Below, piece after piece: positions 22,569 to 32,932 of a stretch of DNA of 64,000 nucleotides. Where the stretch lies: the NCBI GenBank assembly GCA_025558095.1, contig JAIVFI010000010.1, forward strand, positions 62,001 to 126,000, given 5' to 3'. This stretch comes from Hyaloraphidium curvatum SAG 235-1 (lineage: Eukaryota; Fungi; Monoblepharomycota). The position numbers and the translations under genes are program-made. Under the pieces are notes generated by a model. That model made no database searches. It was not told where the DNA came from and saw only the letters and a list, made by a program, of their open reading frames with translations. Positions within the stretch are counted from its first letter, which is position 1; each line of letters starts with the position of its first letter.

Positions 22569-24119
22569 CTACCCCGGACACACCGACCCCAGCGCGAACA
22601 CCACCCCCGCCCCGCGCAGCACCCCCCACAGCCCCACCGCGACGGTGACCGCCGTGACCGCCGCCGTCCGCACCGCCGCGTAATCCACCGGGAACCCGAG
22701 TATCCGCACCCTGAACCTAGCCAGCTCCGCCAGCCCCGCCAGCGCGCGCGCGCGCACCCCGCACGCAGCCAGCAGCTCCGCGTCGCCAGCCGCCAGCGCG
22801 GCGCCCTCGATCCCCGCGATCTCGGCCGCCGCGTCCGAGTACAGCTCCACGACCGACATGATCTGCGCGTTCCACCCGGCCATGATCAGCAGGTCCGTCA
22901 GGCCGAAGGCGAGCAGTTTGAGCACCAGGGCGAGCTGCCACGCCGCCACGCACCCCGCGGCGCCGTTGAGCGCGAACGCGGCGACGGCGCCGGAAAAGTA
23001 CGCGAGCAGGACGGTGCGGGTCATCCAGGCGGTATCGAAGGAGGAGGAGGCGGCGGAGCGGATGGATTCGCCGAGGAGGAGGAGGCGCGCGCCCGGGTCG
23101 GGGTCCGGGGCTGGGGCCCGGCGCGGGCGGGAGCGTACGGAGCAGGCGGGGGGATCCGAGGGGTCGGCATCGTTCGGGGAGGTGTGGGAGCCGCCCGTCG
23201 GTGCACCCAACTCGCGGATGACCTTCGAGACCACAATGGCCAGGGCGCGCTGGCGAAGGCGCGAGAGCAGCCCGAGCACCGGCGGCGTGGGGATCACGAA
23301 GCCGCGCAGCAGCCACGTGTACCCCTCGCCCAGGGGGAAGAAAGACAGCAGGGCCAGGGGGAAGGTCAGGGCCCAGGGACTGGCCCAGAAGGCCGAGGCG
23401 GCCGCCACGAAAGGCGTCCACAAAGCGAGGACGAGAAGGAGCAGGGTGACGATGCTCTGCACGCAGATGTCGAGGGCGCGGTACCACGAGTCGGCGGCCC
23501 ACACGTCGCCGGCGCAGCCCTTGCGCGGGCAGGGGCACGCCGGGTCGCCGTCTGTGTGGGCGACGAGCTCCGAGGGCGGGCCGGCAAGCAGCGCGCGGTA
23601 TCTCAGGATGGCGGCGGCGGGCAGGAATGAGGCGTCGGGTGACAGTGCCGACGTGGCCGCGCTCGAAACGGCGCCCCCGGCGAGCGCGGCGTAGAAATGG
23701 GCAAAGGCGCCCGCGGCGAGGCCGGCCGCCACGGCGGCGGTTCCGAGCCCGAACTGACGGGGCGGTGCGGCGGCGAAAACGGCAACGGCGGCGATTGCGG
23801 GGGCGACGAAGGCGAGGCCGACGGCGAACCGCCACGCTTGGACGTCGATGAAGCCCTGCCATTTCCCGCCGACGAAGGTCGCGCGCACAAGGAACGCGGT
23901 GAAGCGGTGCCCCGCGGCCGCGGACTCGGCGGCCAGCGCACGCGGCGGCAGCGGCACCCGCAGCGCAGCGGCCGGGTCCTCCGGCGGGCGCGACGCGAAC
24001 CGCCGCGGCGGCGGAGGTGGCCGCGGGAACAGCGCCGCCCACGCCGCAGGCGCAAACACCGTGTCGCTGCCGCGCTTGGCGTCCGCGTCGCTCGCAGGCG
24101 GGAACGCCGAGTCGTCCAT
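22569..24119 (-). CDS. Multi-pass membrane protein, candidate 7TMIC/GR-like family
   Basis: Intronless ORF with about 7 hydrophobic segments; C-terminal RILGFPVD followed by a TM helix. Confidence 0.65.
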   Translation of the reverse strand: MDDSAFPPASDADAKRGSDTVFAPAAWAALFPRPPPPPRRFASRPPEDPAAALRVPLPPRALAAESAAAGHRFTAFLVRATFVGGKWQGFIDVQAWRFAVGLAFVAPAIAAVAVFAAAPPRQFGLGTAAVAAGLAAGAFAHFYAALAGGAVSSAATSALSPDASFLPAAAILRYRALLAGPPSELVAHTDGDPACPCPRKGCAGDVWAADSWYRALDICVQSIVTLLLLVLALWTPFVAAASAFWASPWALTFPLALLSFFPLGEGYTWLLRGFVIPTPPVLGLLSRLRQRALAIVVSKVIRELGAPTGGSHTSPNDADPSDPPACSVRSRPRRAPAPDPDPGARLLLLGESIRSAASSSFDTAWMTRTVLLAYFSGAVAAFALNGAAGCVAAWQLALVLKLLAFGLTDLLIMAGWNAQIMSVVELYSDAAAEIAGIEGAALAAGDAELLAACGVRARALAGLAELARFRVRILGFPVDYAAVRTAAVTAVTVAVGLWGVLRGAGVVFALGSVCPG

Positions 24120-24361
24120 TTCGCCCGCGGTCCGCGGGTCAGGTGCTCTCCCCGTCCCGTTGTTTACCGGACGCGTTGCTGGCGCCACCCCCTACTTGTA
24201 CTAAAGCGAACGGCAAAGGAATGCAAGAGCAAGGTGTCAGAAGGATGAAGATAATCCGCAGGGAAGGTTAATCGGCTGGATGCGGGATCGCGATGTTTGT
24301 GGGTTGGTTACGCAACCGCACTTCATCGTCTGCTGTCGATCCTGAACGAGCGGAGCCTGCG

Positions 24362-25371
24362 ATGCCCGTACATTCCACGTCCCTGTCCCTGCGCTTGGTG
24401 GCCGGCGTGCTCGCTCTGTTCGGCGTCGCGCTCCTCGCGCTTCCCGCGGTCGCGTCCCTCGCTTTGCGCCGCGGCCTCCTCTCCGGCGGCCTCCGCATGC
24501 GGCGCGGCCGGCCGTCGCTCATCGCCGAGCTCGTCGCCGCGTGGCGCGCGCTGTGCACCTTCCGGGGCGCGCTCGACGACCGCCTCGCGTGGCACCTCCT
24601 CGGCTGGGAGCTGCGCGCCGCCGTCGCGATCGCGCTGCTCGCCAAGACCGCGTGGCCCGCGCTGCCGCTGGCCGCGCCGGCGTACGTCGCGGCCGCACCG
24701 CCGCGTTCGACGCCTTTGTCGTCCGCGGGAGCCCGCGGCAGGTCGTCCTCCTCGGCGCAGGCTTCGACTGTCGCGCACACAGGCTCGCCACCCTGCCGCC
24801 GGCCACCGGCGTGTTCGAGGTCGACATGCCCGCCACGCAGGCCGCAAAGGCCGCCGCCGTGGCGGCCCTGCGCGCCGCCCGCCCCGCGCTCTTCCGCCGC
24901 CCGGCGTCCTCGATCCGCTACGTGCCCTGCGACTTTTCCCGCGGCTCCCCCGCCGACGCACTCGTTGCCGCCGGCTTCAATCCCCGCGAACCGGACACCG
25001 CCGTGCTCCTCGAGGGCGTGGCGCCGTACCTCGCGTGTGACGAGCTCCGCGCGACGCTCCTCGAAATCTCAAGGGCGATGGCCCCCGGCACCAGGTTCGC
25101 CATGAACGTGCTGGGCAAGGAGGCGACGAGGCCGGGCACGCTGCGCGCGCGGGCGCTGGGATGGATGGGCGAGGCGTTCAGGTTCGGGCTGGGCGAGGAG
25201 GAGGACCCCGCGGCGGTGTTCGGGCCGCTGGGGTTCCGCGTCGAGCGGTGCATGGACTTTGTCGAGGCCGCGAGGGAGTACCTGGGCGAGGCATACGCAC
25301 GGGAGACCGCCGGCGCCCCGGCGGGGCGGCTGGTCTTCATGTGCGTGGAAGGATCCAAGAAGCAAGGGTAG
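24362..25371 (+). CDS. SAM-dependent methyltransferase (leucine-carboxyl methyltransferase/TIGR00027 family) with an apparent 1-nt frameshift at ~24694
   Basis: RTAAFD..QVVLLGAGFDCRAHRL, FEVDMP, YVPCDF, LLEGVAPYL; N-terminal part lies in another frame. Confidence 0.8.
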
Positions 25372-25481
25372 GATCGGCAGCGATCCGTGCTCCAAAGCTG
25401 ACGCGAAGCGTCGCCCCGTGTGCCAAAAGACTGAGGGAACAGACGCTCAGTAGAACACTCCAGACCGGGGAGAGCGAAGGC

Positions 25482-27218
25482 CTAATCCACCACCGGCCCC
25501 TTGCCCACCACTGTCCACCCGCACCTCCTCGCCGCCGGCCCCTTCTTCCCCACCGCCGCATACCTGCCCCCTGCGCCCTTGACCAGCCCGCTCCACACGC
25601 CTTTATCCTCCACCCTCCCGCCGAACCCGCTCTTCAAATGGCACACGTCCCCCCCGTCCATGCTCCACATCGTGCACGGCCCGCGGGCCGGCAGCCTGCC
25701 TACCGGCTCTGCGGTGCGGTTGTGGAACCCGCCCACGGGCACCCGCACCCTGATCCGCCCCGGGGTGCGCACCGCCGCGCACGCGGCCGCGCAGAGCACC
25801 GCCAGCGCCGCGCGGCGGTGCAGGTGCGGGTCGAACCGGAACTTTGGCCTCAGCTCCGCCAGCCCGTCGAGCAGCCTCCTGTCCAGCTGCGGGAGAGAGC
25901 GTTCCCCCCGCAGCGCCGTGTCGAGCATCCCCTTGGCGTACAGGTCGAACTCGTCGGTGCCCATCCCCGGCGGCGCGCGGGAGAGCGAGACGGTGTCCTG
26001 CCCGGGCCGGTTGGCGTCCTTCTCGATGCGGTGCCCGGGGGCATCGACGCCCGCGAAGCTCGGCGAGAAGGCGTGCCACAGATCGGCATTCGTCACGAAG
26101 TGCTTCGCCCCCTCCGCGGTCTCGAGCGCGCGCAGGGCGCGGAAGAGGTGCGGGGGAACGTGGTGCACAGAGAGCGCGAGGTCGCACGCGCGGGGGTAGG
26201 ATTCCCACATGAGCAACGGATCGAGGTGCATCCGCGGGGGCAGGCCGGCCCAGGTCAGCTGGATGCCTGCGAGGGACATCCAGGAAGCGACGCGGAGGTC
26301 CCCGCTGAAGCAGGTGGCGTGCTTCATCGCAACCTCCAGGGCAGGGAGCGCGCGGAGCACGGCGCCGCGGGAAAGGATGATCCCCGTGCCGCCGTGCGCA
26401 AACACCACGTTCTGTGGGCAGGCGCCGGTGTGCGCGCGGCCGAGGTAGTGCGGTTCCGAGTGGTTCAGCGTGGCGAGGTGCCGCGAGAGGGTGGGGAGGA
26501 AGGGGTACGCGTCGTCGTCGAACATGAGGAACCAGCGCGCGCCGGGGTGCCGGTTGAAGAGCTCGGCAAAGGCGGGGAGGTGCTTGGCGGCGTCGGCGTC
26601 CCAGCCGGTGGGGGGGGCTGCCCCGTGAGGCGGCTCCGGGGCGTCCGCGTCCGGCCCGTCCTTTGCAGCCATTCCGGCCGCGTCGGACAATGCCTCGCTC
26701 CCCTCGACCGCCTTCCTTCTGAGCCGCTCCCACTCGCCCGGTGCCCAGCTTTCGCGGTGCAGCACGTGGATCTCCCGGTCCGCTCTCCGCCCCGCATCCC
26801 CGACCACGTCGACCGCCCGAAACGCCTTCCCCGCCGTCCTCACAATAAAGTCCCTTCCCCCCCTTCCAATCAGAGCCTTCCCCTTTCCCGCCTCCTCGAA
26901 CGCCCCCGCGAACCCGTCCGCAACCACCGACCCGCCGAACTCCCCGCCGCCGTCGGCGACCAGCAGCAGGCCGCACAGGTCGCGAGCGTACGTCGACAAA
27001 ACGGGCGGCAGCCGCCACCGCGCGACGGCCCGGCCGGTCTTGACGGCCACGGCGAGCTGCGGGAAGTGGCAGCCGCGTCGGTGCGCGGCGGACGCGTTCC
27101 GGGCGCCCTTCGACGCGCTCCGTGTGGGGAACGCGAGCCAGAGGCAGGACGCGAGGACAATGGAAAAGAACAGGGAGCGGAGGGCGGGCTTGGAGCCGAG
27201 CCAGGGTGCTTGGAGCAT
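25482..27218 (-). CDS. GT31/fringe-like glycosyltransferase with C-terminal PAN/apple-like domain
   Basis: Type II TM anchor; AVKTG; WFLMFDDDAY; YLGR; FAHGGTGIILSRGA; GD; C-terminal CAAAC..CTMWS..CHLKS..WSG. Confidence 0.85.
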   Translation of the reverse strand: MLQAPWLGSKPALRSLFFSIVLASCLWLAFPTRSASKGARNASAAHRRGCHFPQLAVAVKTGRAVARWRLPPVLSTYARDLCGLLLVADGGGEFGGSVVADGFAGAFEEAGKGKALIGRGGRDFIVRTAGKAFRAVDVVGDAGRRADREIHVLHRESWAPGEWERLRRKAVEGSEALSDAAGMAAKDGPDADAPEPPHGAAPPTGWDADAAKHLPAFAELFNRHPGARWFLMFDDDAYPFLPTLSRHLATLNHSEPHYLGRAHTGACPQNVVFAHGGTGIILSRGAVLRALPALEVAMKHATCFSGDLRVASWMSLAGIQLTWAGLPPRMHLDPLLMWESYPRACDLALSVHHVPPHLFRALRALETAEGAKHFVTNADLWHAFSPSFAGVDAPGHRIEKDANRPGQDTVSLSRAPPGMGTDEFDLYAKGMLDTALRGERSLPQLDRRLLDGLAELRPKFRFDPHLHRRAALAVLCAAACAAVRTPGRIRVRVPVGGFHNRTAEPVGRLPARGPCTMWSMDGGDVCHLKSGFGGRVEDKGVWSGLVKGAGGRYAAVGKKGPAARRCGWTVVGKGPVVD

Positions 27219-27329
27219 GGCATTGGGATTCGGGAGGTCGGTGCTTCGTCGTCACTTGACTCCGCGCCGCCCAACTGCCCACCTTGCGCCCCGCACCCAC
27301 TGCTTCGGAACAGCCAGTTCAAATCATTC

Positions 27330-30300
27330 TGAGGCAGTAGTCGAAGAACTAGTTGAAGTAAAGCGGTGCAACTTTGTTATGTTGGGTGGCTTTATTGTAT
27401 TGGATGGGTGTCCTTCGGTATGTATTTGACATCCACCTTTCTACCCTTCCTGGCGACGGCCGAGAGTAGCTGCGGCGGTAAGTGTAGGCGATGTGAAAAG
27501 GATTGAATGGGATCTATTTGCCAAGCGTGGAAATGGAGAGGGAATGTGTCCGTGGAATGCCAAGGGTCGCTCGGGGGTTCGTGGAAAGCGCCGTCACGTC
27601 TGCGTGAGCTGAAACAGCCCACCCCATCGGCAGACGGAGCCGCGCCGTTAAGCCGGCGCCGACAAGCGAACAAGAGCAATCCGTTTGGAGCAGGATAGAG
27701 CAAGGGAACGTACCGGTACGCCCGACAGCCCGGCGTCGGTGGCGGCGGCGACCCGGAAGACCGAAGACCCCGAACCAAGCGCGTGCGAAAAAGTACTAAC
27801 CTGGTGATTGTTGGTTGGGAACATGATGGCCGAGGCGGCGGTGGTTGATGGTGATGGGGAGGGCGGGCGGAAACGGTGAGTGGGGTTCTTGGCAGGTCAG
27901 GTCGGCGGGCCGTTGCTGCCAGTGACGGGCTGGCGGGCTCGTGGAGATGCGGGCGCGGAGCTGGCTGGGCGCGTGCGGGGAAGAGAGGTGGCAGCTGGCA
28001 GGCGTGAGGGGCGATGATAGGCAACCCAGTCGGAGGCGGAGGGGACCCCGTCGGAGCGTCGGGGCCGCCTTGAGGCGGGCCCTGAGATCAAAGCAAAGGC
28101 TAAACGATGAGCAAGGTTTCACAGATCGGGCTGTGTTGGCCAGCAGTACGGCCTGTAGTCAGGCAGAGGCGCACGGGGAGATCAGCAGGAGGCAAGCATG
28201 GAGCGGTAGCAACAAATCATAGCATTGAGGAGATATGTGCAAAGCATGAGCATGGAATACACGAAGTCTGAGCCGCAGTAGAAGCAAGAAGAGGAGCTGA
28301 CGTGCACACCGGCCCGGTGGGCGGGAGAGGCGAGGGTCCCGCCCACCAGGCCGGTGGGGGGACCCGCGGCACCCCACGTGAAACTAGCGGGAAGTTGCCG
28401 CATTGAGCGCATCACGCAAGGTGCGACGGGTCCGAGAGCGAGCAAAGAAGCCGAGGAGCGCGGCACCAGGCTGAATCTTGGTCCAAGCTCGGTCAAATGC
28501 ACGTAAAACCAGTGCGACGGGGTAGGAGCGCGTTGCGACGTAGTGCATCGCGGAGCGAAGCAAGGCGGCGACAAAGTCCTCGCGGCGGGTAGAACGGTCG
28601 TGGATTGCACGAAAGCGGGCCACCACGGTGTGGAGGAATAGGGAGCGTGGGTAGGGGGTGTCGAAGTCCGGCAGTGCGTTGACCGGAAAGGTAAAGAGGT
28701 CACGTTTGTTGAAGTGGCGTGCGTGCACTCGCAGATCCGGGGCGATCCATACAGTGCAGTCTAGGTAGTTGGCGGTGACATCCGAGCTGTTGCTGCGCTC
28801 CAGATCAAGGCCAATTTCGCGGAAGTAGGGCGCAACGATAGCCATGAAGTCCTCGTGGCGGAACCCGAAGACGTGAATGTTGTCCATGAGGCGCTTCCAA
28901 ACGTGGGAGAGCCGGGGGAGGGAGACGCGCTCGCTAAGGAAGATCCGTAGCTCCACACGGAGGAGGACGAGTGTGGCAATCTGCGGACTCGAGTGGCCAC
29001 CTTGCGGGATTCCGAGGATCTGATGCAGGAGGCAGTCCCCAAGCGTAGCGTATGTGAAGTCCAGGATGATGTCGAGAAGGATCATGAGCTTGTCCGCGTT
29101 GTAGTACACCGAGCGGTTGACGAGGAACGGGGCGTCGTCGGAGGACACCCACTCGGCTAGGACATCACGCACTCCATGACCGGTTGTGGGTAACAACGAT
29201 GTAGCGACCCGCATAACGATCGTGGGTGAACACAAAGTCGAGCATCTGTCGAACGTGGGAGCGTACGATGTTGTGGCGCAGCGTGTTGTAGAGGTTGGCG
29301 ACGTCGTAGGAGTTTGCCGCCGTCGAGTATTTCGGCATTGTCGAGACGAAGTCTGCTCCGTTCGACACCAGCGTGAAGGCGTCAAGATAGGGAAACGTCA
29401 CGGGGAGCAGTTCCTTGAGAGTCGTCGTCACCAATTGGAGCGCTGCTCCGAGTATCAGGTCCGGCTTGTGCGTCAAGACCTTGGTCATGGCACAGATTGG
29501 GCGCAGTTTGTACGGCGTCTTGTGCAGTTTCAGCGTACCATACAAGCGGCCCATCACCGGTTCGGCGCGCAGGAGCGGGGTGCCGAGGGATTCAAGTCGG
29601 CCATCAAGGCGTGCCACAATCTCCGTAGGGCTGTCATCCACGACGGTGTACGAAGGCGAGTCCATGAAGATGGCATGGAGCAGATCCCCATAGAGGCGAG
29701 GGCACACAAAACCCCACACCTGATTGGCGGCCTTGTCCACGTTGGTATTGACGATCTTTGAGCAGAACGACCTGAGCTCCCGATTGACACGCTTCTGCTC
29801 CGCGACGGAAAAGCGAAGAGCACGTTCCGGGATGTAGGACTTGGCCGTGTCGCGCAGAAAAACTGCGAGGTTCTCAGACCACGAAAGGAGTGTGGTGCGG
29901 GTATCCATAGGCATCGTTGGGGTGATGAGCGACTGAGTCGCCAGTTGTAGAGAGCCAGTGAGCACGGCGGCCTCTTCATCGACGTCGGCATCCACCGCAG
30001 GTCGGTGATTAGGTTTGCGCGCGAAGCAGCGGCGCAGTAGGAGCGTCGGCAGGAAGCTGAGGTCGTTGGTGCAGAGGTGACGGCCATATGTGGCCACGTC
30101 TTGGTGCACATGGGCATCCGAAAGGTGCAGCGACGCACAAGGGCATGGAAAGTCCGCACGCTGCGCAGCCCAGTCCGCGGGGCACATCTTATCAATCCAG
30201 GAGTAATGATTGAAGAGGGAGCGGTGGAGAGGTGCGGGGTATGACACGATGGGTCCGATGGTTTCGCCCGGCATCGGCAGCGGATGTCGACGGATGTAGC

Positions 30301-30600
30301 CTTGCGCCTTGTCGATGAGGAAGGCCATCGCGTATGATTTGCACTCGATCCCGACGGCCAGGCTCGGCGGCGTCCATTTGCGAGGAGGTGGCGGTGGAGG
30401 GCCCTGAGCAAAATAGAGGATGGGTAATAATACGTCTATGAGCTCCCCAGCAGCATTGTCCCCCCAGAACAACGTTCGAAAAGTAGCTACGCCAAAACAC
30501 GATAGCGCCTCAATACACGTTTTTGTCGACGGAACGAATTCAAAGCAAAGACCCGAACGAAAGTCCTCAGTGTCCCGGCGTGGAAGCGGAAGGCGCCACG
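27330..30600 (-). mobile_element. Penelope-like retroelement (Naiad/Chlamys-type RT), 5'-truncated and degenerate
   Basis: RT motifs KLHKTPYKLRPI, YDVANLY, QILGIPQG, RLMDN, NYLD, NKRDLFTFPV; lower GC than flanks; AATAAA on the minus strand at 27391-27396; element ends approximate. Confidence 0.8.
28384..30600 (-). pseudogene. PLE reverse transcriptase ORF split by a frameshift near 29165-29200
   Basis: ORFs 29165..30472 and 28384..29385 carry consecutive RT motifs in different frames; the frame is open without ATG up to ~30600. Confidence 0.8.
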
Positions 30601-30652
30601 GTTACGCGATTGTGTAACCTTATCCGCCCAGCGCACGTTCGGCGATGCATGG

Positions 30653-32932
30653 GGCGCAGCCGGAGGGTTCCTGCACGTTCCCCCCGTTCCCCCCTTTCCG
30701 CGATGCCCCGGTGGCGCCCGCTCCTCGCGGCCCTCGCGCTGCTCCCCTTCTCGCTCGCCCAGTACGTCCCGGGCGAGCTGTGCTGCCCGGGGTGCGCCTA
30801 CTCCAATTCCCTGAACTGCTGCTGCGACCCGTCGCGGCCGCTCACGGCGGTGACCTCCACGGCCGTCACGACGGCGGCGGTGACGTCGACGACGACGCTC
30901 GTCTCGACCGTGCGGAGTTTCACGTCGACGGCGACGCGGACGGTGACGGTCGCGGGGGACAGCGCGATACTGAAGCTCGGGATGCTGGTCGGCGAGGGCG
31001 TGAGAGTGCCGCTGCCCGGCTCGGACCCACCGGACCCGGGTGGGACGTCTACGGATGATTTCCTATCATCGGGGCGGTTCGGCATCGCGGGGAACAGGTT
31101 GGGCGGAAGCTCGGGTGGAACCCCTGGAGGAGGCGGCAGCCCCGAAACCGCGAACCCGGACCGCACCGCTCCGCAGTGGTCGCTGAAGGAGCTTCGCATC
31201 GGCTCGCTCGAGAGGGACAAAATGGGCATGAAGCGCCGCACCCTGAACGTGACTTTTCTCGGGGCGCTGGCCGACGGACCGCCTCCGGTTCCGGCGGGTG
31301 GCCGTTCGCGACTCCAGCGCAGGCACCTGTGCGTTGACTGCCCCGAAGACTTGGCCCTCGGCGCCTACCGGATGTTCTACGGCCGCACGGGCCGGCCGCG
31401 GCAGTCGGGCAGCGACGCCGTGGCGTGCTGCCCGAGGCGATCTACGACCACGGTGACCTCCACGGTGGTGGTCTTGGACCTGGCGACGGCGACGCGGACC
31501 ACCACACTCGCGGGCGTGCGGACCACTTTTGTCACGGTGGTCCGGACCGCGACGTCGCGGAGCAGGACGACTTCGGCCACCAGGACTACGTCGACCTCGC
31601 GCACGCTGAGGACGGCCACGCAGCCCAACGTCATCGTGGGTCCCCGCATTTCCTTTGGGGAGATAATCCAACTTGTATGTCTGACATCTCCCGTCCGGTT
31701 GACAGACCCAAGTGCTCGCCGGCCGCGCCTTCTTCGACGTCAACGAGGACGGCGTGTACGACCCCGAAGTCGACATCCCGCACGCCAACCAGCGCCTCGC
31801 CTTCCTCACCGGCCCCTCCGATCCCCCCTCTGACGAGGCCGGCACGACATTGACGGACGCCGAGGGGCTGTTCTCCGCCAGCGTCGCGGTCGCGCCCGAC
31901 GCCTTCGTGGCGATCGCGCCGGCGGGGGACACGGGGAACCCGTTCATGACGCTGCAGGCGGATGGGACAGGGTTGGTGCCGGACGGGGACCAGATCGAGC
32001 TGCCGGTGCCCGTGACGACGGTGCGTCGATCGGACGTTGAAGGCGTCCAGGCGTCTTTTGCTCACGCGCGCTCTCGTCCGGCAGACCACGACTCCTTTTA
32101 CTGCCACCACCAGCACCACTGCCCCCAGGACGCTGACGACGTCGCGCACAGCTACGATCTCGCTGACGCAGAGCCCGACCGCCTCGGTTACCCGGACGGC
32201 CACCGCTGCGACCGGCACAGGGTCGACCTCCACCGCTTCGACCTCCGTGACGACCTCGTCCAGCCGGACAACCACTTTCGCCTCAATCACCACCTCCTCC
32301 GGCCTCCCCGTCTTTGTCGCCTGCCCGAACCTCCCCCAGACTCAGGACGGCCGCTGCGGTACCGACCCCGGCACCCGCTGCGCCAGCCAAATCTGCTGCA
32401 GCTCCTCCGGGTTCTGCGAGGACGACGGCGGGGACAGCGGCGCCGCGTGGTGCGGCACGGGGTGCCAGAGGGGCTACGGCAAGTGCTGGGCCAACGTGAC
32501 CGACCCCGACGCCTTCTCGTGCCCGACGTACACGCGGACCACCTCCCCCACCCGCACCACCCTCACCACCCTCACCTCCTCCGCCACCACCTTCGCCTCC
32601 ATCACTACGTCTTCCGGCGTACCCGTGTTCGTTCCCTGCCCCAATATCCCCTCCAATTTGAACTCGTCGTTCTGCGGCAGGGGCTACGGCCTGCGGTGTG
32701 GCAACGATGACCTGTGCTGCTCCCAGGTCGGGGCGTGCCAGGACGACGGTGGTGACAGCGGTGAGCCGGCGCGGTCGCTCCGACATGTTCATGCTGATGC
32801 GCTTCAACCAGGCTCCGCGTGGTGCGGGAAGGGATGTCAGGTCGGCTACGGCAAGTGCTGGGCAAACACCACGTCGTCCTACTACTGCCCCACTCCGTCG
32901 GCCCCACCGACCGTCACGCTGTCTTCCGGGAC
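30653..32932. repeat. Right arm of the large inverted duplication (pairs with 1..2290)
   Basis: Direct sequence comparison. Confidence 0.95.

Noticed and set aside
28095-28170. Hammerhead-like CTGACTA..GAAAC in the PLE 3' region
   Set aside because: Core G8 is missing and no stem I pairing was found by eye
30540-30580. Hammerhead ribozyme (CTGAGGA on the minus strand)
   Set aside because: No downstream GAAA or compatible stems, and it lies within the RT reading frame
27330-30600. Telomerase, or a telomere-associated Athena/Coprina element
   Set aside because: No telomeric repeats, interstitial position, and motifs fit the Naiad/Chlamys type better
2290-30653. Giant transposon with the inverted repeats as TIRs
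   Set aside because: The arms are an intron-containing host gene facing outward; no transposase, integrase or tyrosine recombinase inside
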